Shown: positions 50,682-60,644 of the stretch, piece by piece
Layout: every line of letters starts with the position of its first letter
Numbering within the stretch: the first letter of the stretch is position 1
Assembly: GCA_047150005.1 (NCBI GenBank)
Contig: AP038806.1
Span: 2,464,001-2,528,000 of the forward strand
From: Nitrospira sp.
Lineage (GTDB): Bacteria; Nitrospirota; Nitrospiria; Nitrospirales; Nitrospiraceae
Direction: 5' to 3'
DNA: 64,000 nt
The notes under the pieces: generated by a model
What the model was told of the DNA's origin: nothing
Seen by the model: only the letters and a program-made list of their open reading frames with translations
Databases searched by the model: none
Translations under genes and position numbers: made by a program

Positions 50682-51281
50682 TTATTTGGAAGCAAGCGGG
50701 ATGGTCAACAGGATTCCCCCCATCACGTCTCCGGACTTGAAATCCCTCCGCGTGCTTTTCGGATGCACATTGTGACAATCGGCGCATCGTTGAGAGAGGG
50801 CTTTATCGGCGTAGAGTGCTTGAAACACGCGAGTTTTGCCCTCCGTCGTAACGCCTGTATAGGGGCGGTCGGCATTGACAAGGACTTTTGCCAGTGCGGT
50901 TCGCTCGAACTCCGTCATCGGACCGTTCTTCTTGTTGATCGGCCAATTGCTGATCAACCGGTACCGCATTCCATTTGACTGTTGAGCGACGAGCCGGCCC
51001 GTTTCGAGCACAAATTGAGCAGGCAGCGGGAGATCTCCTGTTTCCTTCCAGTGCTCCGACGCGGAAACGATGCCTCTCGTCTGCATCCGTTCCACGATTT
51101 CATTCGTGTAGAACGTTCGATCCGCTTGGATAATGCTATGGATATAATCGGCAACGGCCTGCGGTGCGATACCATCGGACGCATCCGTATCTCTGCTTGC
51201 GGCTGAGAACACCCAGGGACTGAATAGACAAGTGGAAACGGTTCCAACGGCCAGACCCAACCAAAAACCTCTCAGATCCAT
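50682..51281 (-). CDS. DUF3365 (Tll0287-like) c-type heme protein
   Basis: Signal/TM segment, PLPAQF, YRLISNWPIN, CADCH heme motif, GDVMGG. Confidence 0.8.
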   Translation of the reverse strand: MDLRGFWLGLAVGTVSTCLFSPWVFSAASRDTDASDGIAPQAVADYIHSIIQADRTFYTNEIVERMQTRGIVSASEHWKETGDLPLPAQFVLETGRLVAQQSNGMRYRLISNWPINKKNGPMTEFERTALAKVLVNADRPYTGVTTEGKTRVFQALYADKALSQRCADCHNVHPKSTRRDFKSGDVMGGILLTIPLASK

Positions 51282-51620
51282 GATTCATCCTCCGGTTATG
51301 CCATGTACACCTTTCATCGGTCGTGACGACAGAAGCGGTCAATCTGTCCATACAGACGGTCGAGAATATCGAGGTCTCGGAGATATTCACATGACGAATA
51401 AATCCTGCTCCTCAGAGTCGCTGTTTGCGCCGGCGTGACGTCCAATCAACTCCGACTGAATCATTCAGAGGTGGCGCGGTCATGTGGTCGCAGCAACGTA
51501 TTGATTGAGACCCCCGAACTGTATCCTTTGCGAACTCTCCGGTTCAAGCTTCGAGGAATGTCTAATCTGGGCACTAAGGAGAGAGATGGTGGGATAGGAC
51601 TGCCTACAGGCCTGAATCCC

Positions 51621-51669
51621 AAAAAAAGAAACGGGATACCGTTCGATAGGAACAGGTACCCCGTTTTCT
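51621..51669 (-). terminator. Intrinsic terminator downstream of tRNA-Asn
   Basis: Minus strand GAAAACGGGGTACC...GGTATCCCGTTTC hairpin followed by a T run. Confidence 0.75.
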
Positions 51670-51674
51670 CAATA

Positions 51675-51996
51675 TGGCTCCCCGGGCAGGACTCGAACCT
51701 GCGACCAGCCGGTTACAAGAACTCCCAATCTTTCGAAAGGGCTTGGACTATCTCTTCACCCTTCTGCACAGCAGGGAGGGTGTCGGGCGCTCATGAGGCG
51801 TTATTGGATCGGCTCCTCAGCCTCTAGTCTCTGCACGTTCCTGCCTACTGATATGCCATTCGGCAGGCTTCGCTCAGGATTACCGTTCCGGCTACGCGGG
51901 GACGGCTTCCCTGAATTCACCCGATGTTTCAACCACAGTTTCCTGTGGAAGCTGCATCGTTACAGCCGGCTGCTCTACCAACTGAGCTACCGGGGA
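51675..51996 (-). tRNA. tRNA-Asn(GUU), split by an intron (exons 51996-51962 and 51715-51675)
   Basis: Joined exons give TCCCCGGTAGCTCAGTTGGTAGAGCAGCCGGCTGTTAACCGGCTGGTCGCAGGTTCGAGTCCTGCCCGGGGAGCCA, a 76-nt cloverleaf with anticodon GTT, G73 and CCA. Confidence 0.93.
51716..51961 (-). ncRNA. Group I self-splicing intron (246 nt, no ORF) at tRNA position 35/36
   Basis: P (GAATTCAGGGAA), Q (AATCCTGAGC), R (GCAGAGACTAGA) and S (AAGAGATAGTCC) elements; P1 exon GCUGU/GCAGC with U.G at the splice site; P3 UCGGGUG/CGCCCGA; terminal G. Confidence 0.93.
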
Positions 51997-52121
51997 ACGG
52001 TATTCAGTTCAAGCGAGCGCATTCTAGCACAGATGGTGAGGATGAAATCGAGGGTTTTTTACGCGGAGACGATTCAGGAAGGCTATGGACAAGCTAATTA
52101 GCTAACTCGACGTCAAGCGAA

Positions 52122-52391
52122 CTACACGTCGAAATCTTCGGTTTCGTCCTCGTCGCTGGAAGCGTCGGTGTTCCCCTGGGCCAAGGCCGCATAATGCTTG
52201 GCCCAAGTCAGATAGAGGTTGCCGCTGTCGCGCATAGTATCGGCGGCCTTGACCAGCTTCTCCACGAGCTCGGGGTCTTTGCCAGTGGCCTGAATGGCCG
52301 CTGCACGGCGTTCAATCGCTTTCGGGTACTGAGTGATCAAGTCTGTAATGTCTTTCAACAATTCGTCGATAACGTTGTCTTCGGATTCCAT
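52122..52391 (-). CDS. Conserved-looking small hypothetical protein
   Basis: 89-aa helical ORF MESEDNVIDELL... with acidic tail, downstream of the oxidoreductase operon. Confidence 0.7.
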   Translation of the reverse strand: MESEDNVIDELLKDITDLITQYPKAIERRAAAIQATGKDPELVEKLVKAADTMRDSGNLYLTWAKHYAALAQGNTDASSDEDETEDFDV

Positions 52392-52471
52392 GGTGCACCC
52401 TTTCGAACGTCCCAACAAAAAGACCCCATAGCGAGAACGCCATGAGGTCTTTCGATTCGAACCGTATCGGC

Positions 52472-52750
52472 TTAACCTTGGTAGGCTTGCCCCAATGCCG
52501 CAGATTCGCCTTTCTTCGACATCAACTGCCCAGTGGCGCTGACAGCCTGCATGACGATCGCTTCGTGCTTGGCGGCGTTGCAAACCACGACGCAGAGTTC
52601 GCAACCCTTGCAGCGATCGATGGTGACCTCGGCGACCATCTTGGCGGAATTGAGGTCCAAGCAGTTTGCCTCAGGACAATACATGATGCAGAGTCGACAG
52701 CCTTTCTTAGCCGTACACTTGTCATCGATGACTTGCGCGACGTTATACAT
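52472..52750 (-). CDS. forE: 2-oxoacid:ferredoxin oxidoreductase epsilon (ferredoxin-like) subunit
   Basis: CTAKKGCRLCIMYCP and CKGCELCVVVC Fe-S motifs; last gene of the D-A-B-G-E operon; for versus por assignment is from gene order and recalled similarity. Confidence 0.75.
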   Translation of the reverse strand: MYNVAQVIDDKCTAKKGCRLCIMYCPEANCLDLNSAKMVAEVTIDRCKGCELCVVVCNAAKHEAIVMQAVSATGQLMSKKGESAALGQAYQG

Positions 52751-52769
52751 TAATGATGGTTCCTTTTTC

Positions 52770-53477
52770 TTACGCGGCGACGGCCGGGTTGCCGACCTGC
52801 AGCTCGACTTTGTTCTTTTCCGCCCATTCGCTAGCGATCTCGTAGGCACGTTTTACAGTCGCCAGATTCTTCGCTAGCAGCATCTCCTTCTTCGCAAACT
52901 TCTTCTTGATCGCTTCGTCCAACGAAGCGGTGCCGCCTGAGGCCACGAATTTCTTACCGAAGCGTTCTTGAAGGGCGCCGTCTAGGGCTTCCATAGTGAC
53001 GCATTTGGTGATGCCGGATACTGAGCCGATCATCGCCATATTCGTCGACAATTCGGTCCCCGCGACTTCAATAGCCAGCTCGGTTCCCGCAATATAAAAC
53101 ACGGCGACGTTCAAATCCTTGAGTCGTTGAATGTCTTCTTCCGAAAGAAGAGGCTGAGCTGAATTGATGATGACCACCCCACCTTCCTTCACGCCGGAAT
53201 AGAAGGGCATCGTATAGCTCTTACCCATGGTAATAACCTGGGGATGGAACACTTGAATCACGTCGGGAAAGACGAGCTCGCCGCGATCGTAGATGCGCTC
53301 GATCCCAATTCGACAGTAGCTCTCCGCCGGAGCCATTCGCTTCTCGGCGCCGAAAAACGGATTTGAAATGGAAAACTTCCCGTCGCGGTTGGCGGCCATG
53401 GCTAAGACGTGCGCTGCTGTGACGGCGCCCTGTCCGCCCAAGCCAGACATCCGGATATTGAGCCGCTTCTTTATCAT
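52770..53477 (-). CDS. forC: 2-oxoacid:ferredoxin oxidoreductase gamma subunit (forC/forG)
   Basis: SGLGGQGAVTA and PFFGAEKRMAP motifs. Confidence 0.8.
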   Translation of the reverse strand: MIKKRLNIRMSGLGGQGAVTAAHVLAMAANRDGKFSISNPFFGAEKRMAPAESYCRIGIERIYDRGELVFPDVIQVFHPQVITMGKSYTMPFYSGVKEGGVVIINSAQPLLSEEDIQRLKDLNVAVFYIAGTELAIEVAGTELSTNMAMIGSVSGITKCVTMEALDGALQERFGKKFVASGGTASLDEAIKKKFAKKEMLLAKNLATVKRAYEIASEWAEKNKVELQVGNPAVAA

Positions 53478-53494
53478 AATGACCTCCGGTCGGG

Positions 53495-54397
53495 TTAGGC
53501 TTGTCCCGCCAATTGCTTGGCCGCCGCTTTCCGTTCCTTCTCCTTCGCAGCCATCTCAGCCAGAAGTTGCTTGGCAGGCTCGCTGATGTATTCCTTGTAG
53601 GCAAAGCGCTCGGTCGGCTTCTCGGAATCCCGCATTTCCTGCAAACCTTCCATGCTGTTCTTCCCGATTTCCAGAATGCAGGGCGTGTACAGCTGAAGAT
53701 AGGTGGGTCCGATCTCGCGGGCGACGTGCACCGCGTTCCGGATGACCTTCTCGACCAGCGAAGGCTTGCTGACCGTGCAGTTGACGACATAGTGACAGCC
53801 AGACTCTCGCGCGATTTCCGGCAACCGCACCTTGTCGAACAATTTGCCGACCGGGGCCATCTTCGCGACAAAGCCTTTCTGCATGAGCCCGCTCTCTTGA
53901 CCGCCGGTATTGGCGTAGAGCTCGTTGTCGAAGCAGATGGTCGTAAACTTCTCCTGCCGGAACCAGGCTTGGAGCGTCATATCAAGACCGATGTCCACGG
54001 TGGCGCCGTCACCGGCGAGGACCACAACGTCTTTCACACGATCAGGGAATCGGACGCTGAGGGCGCGCTTGAGACCGGATGCGATCGCGTTCTGGTTGCC
54101 GAACAGGGAATGGATGTTATGGACCGCAACCATCGGAAACACCAGGCTGGTGCACCCGGTTGATCCGACCATGACCGTATCTTCCGGATTCGGAAGAGAC
54201 GCCAGGATATATCGGAAGGCCATCGATTCCGGACAGCCGGCGCAAAGAGAGTGCTGCTCGATGAGTTCCTTGGAATTGCCGATATCTTTCCAGCCGCGAT
54301 CTTCCTTCCCATAAGTTGCGCTCTTGACCAGGTCCTGGTAGTCCGACGGCATGATGTCATACAGATCTTCGGAAATCTTGATCCGTTCCTTGCTCAT
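53495..54397 (-). CDS. forB: 2-oxoacid:ferredoxin oxidoreductase beta (TPP-binding) subunit
   Basis: LCAGC, TGC, GDGATVDIG..DNELYANTGGQ and YTPC motifs. Confidence 0.82.
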   Translation of the reverse strand: MSKERIKISEDLYDIMPSDYQDLVKSATYGKEDRGWKDIGNSKELIEQHSLCAGCPESMAFRYILASLPNPEDTVMVGSTGCTSLVFPMVAVHNIHSLFGNQNAIASGLKRALSVRFPDRVKDVVVLAGDGATVDIGLDMTLQAWFRQEKFTTICFDNELYANTGGQESGLMQKGFVAKMAPVGKLFDKVRLPEIARESGCHYVVNCTVSKPSLVEKVIRNAVHVAREIGPTYLQLYTPCILEIGKNSMEGLQEMRDSEKPTERFAYKEYISEPAKQLLAEMAAKEKERKAAAKQLAGQA

Positions 54398-54451
54398 GTG
54401 GCCTCCTCAAGATTCGCTCGCGGGAGCGAACAGGTTCTTTTAGTGTACTGC

Positions 54452-55663
54452 TCAGCTTCCACGACCGGCCAGGGAGAAGCTCTTCATCCCGAGGGCCGTC
54501 TTAATTTCCTGAACGATGATCTCTGGCGGCATCGTCATGCCGCCGCAGACGTGTGGACCGGTGTGTACGCGATGCGGATTCGGAATCGTCGCACGAATTT
54601 CTTTCGCCAGCCAGCCGGTCACGTTGAATTCCGGCACGAAGATGTGTTTGGCGTTCTTCGTAGCTTCTCGAATCTCCTCTTCCGGCCAAGGACGCAACGT
54701 CTTCACCTTCACGAGCCCACAGCGGACACCCTCATCCTCCAATAAGCGGATAGCTTCACGGCCTTGAGAGACGGCGGTACCGGAGGCCACGATGAGGATT
54801 TCCTGGTCGATGTTTTCCGTGTCGATCAACCCGTTCAACCAATGGATCGAATGTTTGCGGGACCGTTCAACTGCGGCCCAGATTTCCTGCTGCCAGCTCG
54901 CATGCGTCGCATAGCTGATGTAGTTGCTCTTCATGACAAAAGGATCCCGCATCATGCGAACAGGCGGGCATTCCATGTCCATGCAAGGAACTGGTGACCG
55001 ATAGGGATCGTAGGGCGGCAGGCACATGTCGGTCGGCGTCAGGTTGACAACATCCTTGGTGTGCGTCACGAAGAATCCGTCGCAACACAAAGCAAGAGGG
55101 AGGTGCACATCCGGTTCTTCGGAGACCATGTAGCCCTTGAGAATCCAATCGAAGAAGTCTTGGGCTGTTTCCGCATGCCAGACCAGCATGCCGGTGTTCA
55201 ACAGATAAGCAATCTCCAGCGTGTCCGGTTGGATCGACAGCGGGGAGTTGATGCCACGACAGGTGACGATCATCTGGATCGGCAATCTCGCACCGGCCCA
55301 CATGGGGAAATTCTCCATGGCCCGCATCGTGCCCGGTCCCGCCGTCGTCGTGAATACCCGAGCGCCTCCGAAGGCGGCGCCTGCGCATTGCGACATGACA
55401 GCGAATTCGCTCTCGCCGCGGAAGTAGTCTCCGATATAACCTTCAGCGAACAATTCACCGATCAACGCCGCTGCTTCGCTCTGCGGGGTAATCGGATAGG
55501 CGATCATGACATCGCAGCTGGCCCGACGAACGGCTTCTTTAATCACTTCGCTGCCCGTAAAGAACGACGGAGTGCGAGGAGCGTCATGGAGCATCTTCCA
55601 CGGATCGGTAAATGTCTGGCCCTTCTTATTCTGCGTTCCGATAGCCGATTTTGTTTCCGCCAT
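54452..55663 (-). CDS. forA: 2-oxoacid:ferredoxin oxidoreductase alpha subunit (likely 2-oxoglutarate, rTCA cycle)
   Basis: AYPITPQSE, ESEF, TTTAGPG and DGFFVTH motifs. Confidence 0.82.
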   Translation of the reverse strand: MAETKSAIGTQNKKGQTFTDPWKMLHDAPRTPSFFTGSEVIKEAVRRASCDVMIAYPITPQSEAAALIGELFAEGYIGDYFRGESEFAVMSQCAGAAFGGARVFTTTAGPGTMRAMENFPMWAGARLPIQMIVTCRGINSPLSIQPDTLEIAYLLNTGMLVWHAETAQDFFDWILKGYMVSEEPDVHLPLALCCDGFFVTHTKDVVNLTPTDMCLPPYDPYRSPVPCMDMECPPVRMMRDPFVMKSNYISYATHASWQQEIWAAVERSRKHSIHWLNGLIDTENIDQEILIVASGTAVSQGREAIRLLEDEGVRCGLVKVKTLRPWPEEEIREATKNAKHIFVPEFNVTGWLAKEIRATIPNPHRVHTGPHVCGGMTMPPEIIVQEIKTALGMKSFSLAGRGS

Positions 55664-55697
55664 GACCCCAGCCTCCTTTCACTGCATCAGGCAGTGC

Positions 55698-56330
55698 TTA
55701 GCTTGTTGCGCCGCTCTTGGTCGTTAGCCGCGGTTTGACCGTTCCCTTTAACTTTTTTACCCAATCGGCGAGCGTCATGATTTTTTCGACCGATGCGTCA
55801 CGGAATGACAGCATCGCATCCTCATGGCCGGCCTGAGCGCACATGGCAATCGTGTAGCAGGATGTACCGCCCCGGATGATCTTGAGGGAGAGATTCGCTT
55901 GGTGACAATGAACCCCCACAAACATGCAGCAATCGATCTTGTTGTGCCAGATGGTCAGATTGGGGTGGTTCGGATTGATTTCAACTTCTGGATTGATCTT
56001 GGGGTACTTCGGTCTGTAGTCAGGCATGGGAATGAGCATCGGCTTCTGGCCCGGCTGCGCGCATTCCTTCAGCGTGTTGTACAGATGGCGGATCGCCGTC
56101 GCTTTCTTCGCCGCTTTTTCGTTCCAGGCCCACAATACCAACGGGCCGGGGAAAATTGTCGGCACTGAGGCCATGAGAAACTGGCGCGCGGCTTCTTCGT
56201 ACGCCTTTTCCTCTGATGCAATGACGCCGTTGATGTGGGCCTCGCCGGGATTGGGCAAGTACACGCCCATGGACGCTGCAGCGGGAGGAAGAAAATGTTC
56301 GGGGCCTGGCAACACGCGATATTGACTCAT
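55698..56330 (-). CDS. forD: Five-subunit 2-oxoacid:ferredoxin oxidoreductase delta subunit
   Basis: PTIFPGPLVLW, PMPDYRPKYPKI.PE.EINPNHPNLTIWHNKID; first gene of the operon. Confidence 0.78.
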   Translation of the reverse strand: MSQYRVLPGPEHFLPPAAASMGVYLPNPGEAHINGVIASEEKAYEEAARQFLMASVPTIFPGPLVLWAWNEKAAKKATAIRHLYNTLKECAQPGQKPMLIPMPDYRPKYPKINPEVEINPNHPNLTIWHNKIDCCMFVGVHCHQANLSLKIIRGGTSCYTIAMCAQAGHEDAMLSFRDASVEKIMTLADWVKKLKGTVKPRLTTKSGATS

Positions 56331-56545
56331 TCCAGCTCTCACTCCGCCTAAGGGTTAACTATGAGAGAACTTCGATTTTTCAATAAGCTCGGCTGCTCTC
56401 AATGTAAGCTTTTCTCGGGATATCTGCAACATCACAGAAGGCCCAAGCAGGGGAAATTTTGGGCTATCGGACAAAGTCCAACTAGGCCTATTGTCCTAAG
56501 CGAAGCCGTCTGTTCCGTAAAGAATCAATCGCAGGCTCTTCACGT

Positions 56546-56575
56546 ATTATAGGGGGGGAAATTTCGCTATGTCAA
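56546..56575 (-). promoter_or_regulatory. Sigma-70 promoter of the oxidoreductase operon
   Basis: Minus strand TTGACA-N18-TATAAT with both hexamers at perfect consensus. Confidence 0.8.
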
Positions 56576-56677
56576 ACGGAGGCCAGGGGAATTCTCCTTT
56601 CCTGCTCGCAGGAAATCACATCGATCTGAGCCTCACGCAAGTCCTTGATAGTCATTTGGAGGTTTCCGGTTCCTCGC

Positions 56678-57964
56678 TTAAGGGAGCTGTTCGCATGCCT
56701 CGATCGAACCGAGCACGCAGGCTCTCTCTAGATCGTCTTTCGCGAGGCTGCCTTGGAGCGCGTTCTGATACAGCTTGGCTCGGGTGAGGAGCGCCCCGGT
56801 GTTCGTGGGATCGACACGGATAACTGTCGAAAGATCTTCAACCGCTTGTCCAGGACGATTGAGCTTCAACAGTATGTCGCTACGGAGCAAGTAGGCCTCT
56901 TTCTGATAGGGAATCCAACTGTCGGGGGCTTGGGCGTCGAGAAGCCGTTTCAAGGTGGCGAGGGCTTGATGCAGCTGTTTGGATTCCGCTTGCCGCCGGG
57001 CCTGAGTGGTATAGACGACGATGAGGCGTTGGCGCGCAATGTCGAAGAACGGGTCCAGGGCCAGGGCCTGTTCATACGAAACAGCGGCTTCATCCATGTG
57101 CTTGAACCACGTCTGGACATCGCCCCTGCCGACCCATCCCCATGCATTTTGGCTATCGAGCTGCAGCGCTCTGTCAAAGTCCGTTTGCGCCTTCTGGAGA
57201 TAGTCGGCATACATATCCGGGCTCGAATGTTGGGCAAAAGCCAGAGAAACCAATCGAAGATAGGTCTGACCTCGAATGAGAAGCGGCTCCACGGAACGAC
57301 TGTCAAGCGTGACGGCTTCGGAGGACAGCTGGATTTTCTCTCGTAGGTTCTGTGATTGCACGGCCCTACTCACCAAACCTCTCGCCTGCTGAGCAGGCTC
57401 GGATTTTCCGCTTGGTTCGATGATCAGCATTCGAACTCCGATGGAGTCTTGCTGGAATTCCTTCAGCTGTTTGCGCAGTTGCTGATTTTCCTGCTGCAAT
57501 TGACGGAAATGCTGGGAGAGCTTCGCCTCCGATTGCAGCCGTCGGACTGCCGCGACGAGATTATCGATGTCGACCGTGGCTCGGATCCGCACGAAAAACA
57601 CCGGCCGATCGTTTTCAAAGGATCGCCGTGATTCGAGGATCTCGGTTTCCGTAATGCCGGCCGCGATCGTGCGTACTTCCAGCATGCTGTTCTGTGTCCG
57701 TTGCCCCTGGAATTCCCTTTCGATGTCCTGAAATGTCGCCTCGAGGTACACTCCCGCTTCTTCAACCGCTTTCCGCTGGGCACGCTGTAAGACCTTTTCC
57801 TCCGCGCTCGTCAACGTATCGCCGTCCGTCATGGTGTAGGACGCTTCGGCTGTTATGACTTTTCCTAGCGAAGCCGAAGCAGGGGGCAGAAGAAGAAGGA
57901 CGAAGACTAAAGAGTATCCGAGAACGGCCACCGACCCGGTGGAGGATAGAAATGCGGAGCACAT
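56678..57964 (-). CDS. Exported TPR protein
   Basis: Hydrophobic N-terminus, AQRKAVEEAGVY domain, coiled coil, multiple TPRs ending ACVLGSIEAC; start uncertain. Confidence 0.8.
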   Translation of the reverse strand: MCSAFLSSTGSVAVLGYSLVFVLLLLPPASASLGKVITAEASYTMTDGDTLTSAEEKVLQRAQRKAVEEAGVYLEATFQDIEREFQGQRTQNSMLEVRTIAAGITETEILESRRSFENDRPVFFVRIRATVDIDNLVAAVRRLQSEAKLSQHFRQLQQENQQLRKQLKEFQQDSIGVRMLIIEPSGKSEPAQQARGLVSRAVQSQNLREKIQLSSEAVTLDSRSVEPLLIRGQTYLRLVSLAFAQHSSPDMYADYLQKAQTDFDRALQLDSQNAWGWVGRGDVQTWFKHMDEAAVSYEQALALDPFFDIARQRLIVVYTTQARRQAESKQLHQALATLKRLLDAQAPDSWIPYQKEAYLLRSDILLKLNRPGQAVEDLSTVIRVDPTNTGALLTRAKLYQNALQGSLAKDDLERACVLGSIEACEQLP

Positions 57965-58054
57965 GGAATAACTATAGCGCTCAGCATCCAGGGCGGCAAT
58001 TCGACAAAAGTATGGCCGACGATACTGGTGTAATGATTCTCGATCGCGGGACGA

Positions 58055-58333
58055 TTATCTTGGTTTGGGAAACACCTGAACGAACGGATGCACTTCCACC
58101 CGTTCAAACACGCCGTTGACCGTGTAGGGATCTTCAAGCGCAAACTTGCGGGCTTCCTCAAGGGAGTCTGCTTCGATGACAATGAGGCTCCCCGTCTTGT
58201 CCGTTAGGGGACCTGCTAGGAGGACCCGGCCGGCTTGATCAAGGGGCTCCAGATTGGCGAGATGAGCAGGCCGGTGAATTTTGCGCCGTGCTTCTCCATC
58301 AGGACCATCGAATCCGAGAATGACGAAAATCAT
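58055..58333 (-). CDS. YciI family protein
   Basis: RPAHLA..LAGP...GSLIV..A..DPY..NGV motif. Confidence 0.88.
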   Translation of the reverse strand: MIFVILGFDGPDGEARRKIHRPAHLANLEPLDQAGRVLLAGPLTDKTGSLIVIEADSLEEARKFALEDPYTVNGVFERVEVHPFVQVFPKPR

Positions 58334-58376
58334 GACGAGTAGGTAGTAGGGGTGTCGATGAGGTTTCAAGGAAGGG

Positions 58377-58790
58377 TCAGGAGGAACTCTCAAGTGGGCA
58401 CCGGTCCTTGTAACCTGAAGTCGTTTCATGCCACCATCTGATCTCCTGTTCCCCCATTTTCCAGCAGAGGAACACGATGCGGCCTTCGCGAAGATGAGGG
58501 AAATCGCAGAGTCCCATATCAAGATCCTTGACGACGACTCCTAACTCGTGGATTGCCTTGATATTGGCACTGACCTGCTGGAGGCTGGTGATATAGAGAG
58601 CCCCGACTGTGCTTCCTCCGCCGTATTCAGCGCGAGCACTCGCTTTCCGAATGTCTTCTTTGGTTCGAACCAGCGTTTCTCTGGCCTGCTTGACCGAAGT
58701 CAGACGGGAATTCAGTTGGGGGATCAGGCGATTGGCTTCCGCCAACGTGAACAGCCGCTCGTGGTGCTCCTGCTCGTCGTCTTGCGACAT
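58377..58790 (-). CDS. DUF2203 family protein
   Basis: FTLAEANRLIP..VKDLDMGLCDFP..LCWKMGE..I.WWH..GY..R. Confidence 0.85.
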   Translation of the reverse strand: MSQDDEQEHHERLFTLAEANRLIPQLNSRLTSVKQARETLVRTKEDIRKASARAEYGGGSTVGALYITSLQQVSANIKAIHELGVVVKDLDMGLCDFPHLREGRIVFLCWKMGEQEIRWWHETTSGYKDRCPLESSS

Positions 58791-58957
58791 GCGCCCTCCC
58801 AGGTTGTTGCGCTCATGTAGCACATCGGTGTTTCTTCCCGCAATACGGCGCCTATGGCCAAGGATTCGGATTCTACCCAGCGCATGATTGTCTCGGAGCG
58901 ATTAAGACCGGAGAAAAGGATCCTCGACGAAGCAAGCACTCCCTGCTTCCTATTCTG

Positions 58958-58986
58958 TTGACAAGCCTAGGTCTGAGGGGTATGCT
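58958..58986 (+). promoter_or_regulatory. Sigma-70 promoter of rho
   Basis: TTGACA-N17-TATGCT about 300 bp upstream of rho. Confidence 0.75.
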
Positions 58987-59286
58987 GCACCGTAACTAGC
59001 TTTCAGTTCGAGTCCACGGACTTTCCGCACACAAGTACTTCCGGGACACGTCTCGATACAATCCACAAGGTATGTCATAGGATCGGTCGGCGCACGGGAA
59101 TTCTCGCTTACGAGCATCCACGGGACATGAGGCAAGGTCGTCCCTCACAAAGCGTCCCCTCGAATTAGAAACACACGCGGCATAATCGCCAACTCAATTG
59201 ATCAGTTCCTTCATCGCGCGCCAGTCGACGTTGACCATGTTTCGTATTCATCGCTGACCACCAGCCAGGAGCTTGAGAGGACACGT

Positions 59287-60558
59287 ATGGCACAAACCAA
59301 GGGAGAGGTTATGCATCTTGCCGAGTTGAAGCAAAAAACCATCGCTGATCTGAATGAGGTTGCGCGCGACCTCAAAATCGAAGGAGCGGCAAATCTGCGC
59401 AAGCAGGAATTGATTTTTGCCATCCTTCAAGCCCAGACAGAGAAAAACGGCGTGGTTTTTGGCGAGGGGGTCCTCGAAACATTGCCCGATGGTTTCGGGT
59501 TTCTCCGTGCTCCCGACTCCAACTATCTTCCTGGGCCGGACGATATCTATATCTCGCCGTCACAGATCCGTCGCTTCAATCTGCGTACGGGGGACATCGT
59601 GTCCGGCCAGATCAGGCCTCCGAAGGAAAGCGAGCGGTACTTTGCGCTGCTCAAAGTCGAAAAGGTCAATTATGAAGATCCGGAAGTCGCGCGCGACAAG
59701 ATCCTCTTCGACAACCTCACCCCTCTGTATCCGGAAGAGCGCATCAATCTTGAATTCGACCGTGAGGAATATTGCACGCGGGTGATGGATCTGACAACTC
59801 CGATCGGTAAGGGGCAGCGAGGTTTGATCGTCGCTGCGCCTCGTACCGGCAAGACCATGTTGCTGCAGGCGATCGCTCGTGCCATCCTCAAGAACCATCA
59901 AGAAGTGACCCTGATTGTCCTGCTGATCGATGAGCGGCCGGAGGAGGTCACCGACTGGCAGCGACAGGTCAAGGCGGAGGTGATCAGTTCCACGTTCGAC
60001 GAGCCGGCTCAACGCCATGCCCAGGTGGCGGAGATGGTGCTGGAGAAAGCGAAACGGTTGGTGGAACACAAAAAGGACGTCGTCATTCTCCTGGACAGCA
60101 TCACCCGTCTTGCGCGTGCGTATAATACGATCGCACCTCCGAGCGGCAAGGTCCTCTCGGGCGGTCTTGACTCCAACGCGCTCCAGCGGCCGAAGAGATT
60201 CTTTGGTGCAGCCCGGAACATTGAAAACGGCGGGAGTTTGACCATCATGGCCACCGCGCTCGTCGATACCGGCAGCCGGATGGACGACGTCATTTTCGAA
60301 GAGTTCAAAGGAACCGGCAACATGGAAGTCCATCTGGATCGTCGGTTGGCCGACAAGCGCATCTTCCCGGCGATCGACATCAGCCAGTCCGGGACGCGCA
60401 AGGAAGAATTGCTGGTGGATAAGGATCGGCTCAACAAGATGTGGATTCTCCGGAAAGTGCTGAGTCCGCTCGGCACGATGGAAGCCATGGAGTTCCTGAT
60501 GGACAAGGTGCAGGGGACCAAGACCAATCAGGAATTCCTGCAATCGATGAACCGATAA
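59287..60558 (+). CDS. rho: Transcription termination factor Rho
   Basis: [36 protein letters not shown] and [11 protein letters not shown]; alternative start at 59311. Confidence 0.98.
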   Translation: MAQTKGEVMHLAELKQKTIADLNEVARDLKIEGAANLRKQELIFAILQAQTEKNGVVFGEGVLETLPDGFGFLRAPDSNYLPGPDDIYISPSQIRRFNLRTGDIVSGQIRPPKESERYFALLKVEKVNYEDPEVARDKILFDNLTPLYPEERINLEFDREEYCTRVMDLTTPIGKGQRGLIVAAPRTGKTMLLQAIARAILKNHQEVTLIVLLIDERPEEVTDWQRQVKAEVISSTFDEPAQRHAQVAEMVLEKAKRLVEHKKDVVILLDSITRLARAYNTIAPPSGKVLSGGLDSNALQRPKRFFGAARNIENGGSLTIMATALVDTGSRMDDVIFEEFKGTGNMEVHLDRRLADKRIFPAIDISQSGTRKEELLVDKDRLNKMWILRKVLSPLGTMEAMEFLMDKVQGTKTNQEFLQSMNR

Positions 60559-60644
60559 TATCGGCTTGTATCCGAACCGTCGGACAGGGTACAGTGGCGG
60601 GTCTTCGAATGGGCGAAGGCAGCAGTTTCGGAGGCAGAGGGCAC

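Noticed and set aside
51675..51996. Reading the tRNA as tRNA-Tyr(GUA), or as a tRNA plus a duplicated att fragment of an integrated element
   Set aside because: A GUA reading would give a 6-nt anticodon loop and an intron not ending in G. The two pieces are non-overlapping halves and the insert has a group I core.
51435..52101. ORFs 51435-51827 and 51793-52101 as a homing endonuclease or real genes
   Set aside because: They are antisense shadows of the tRNA and intron, with no LAGLIDADG, HNH or GIY-YIG motifs.
56403..56430. Another TGTAAG hexamer
   Set aside because: No CGAC box at 16 nt and wrong orientation for the adjacent operon.
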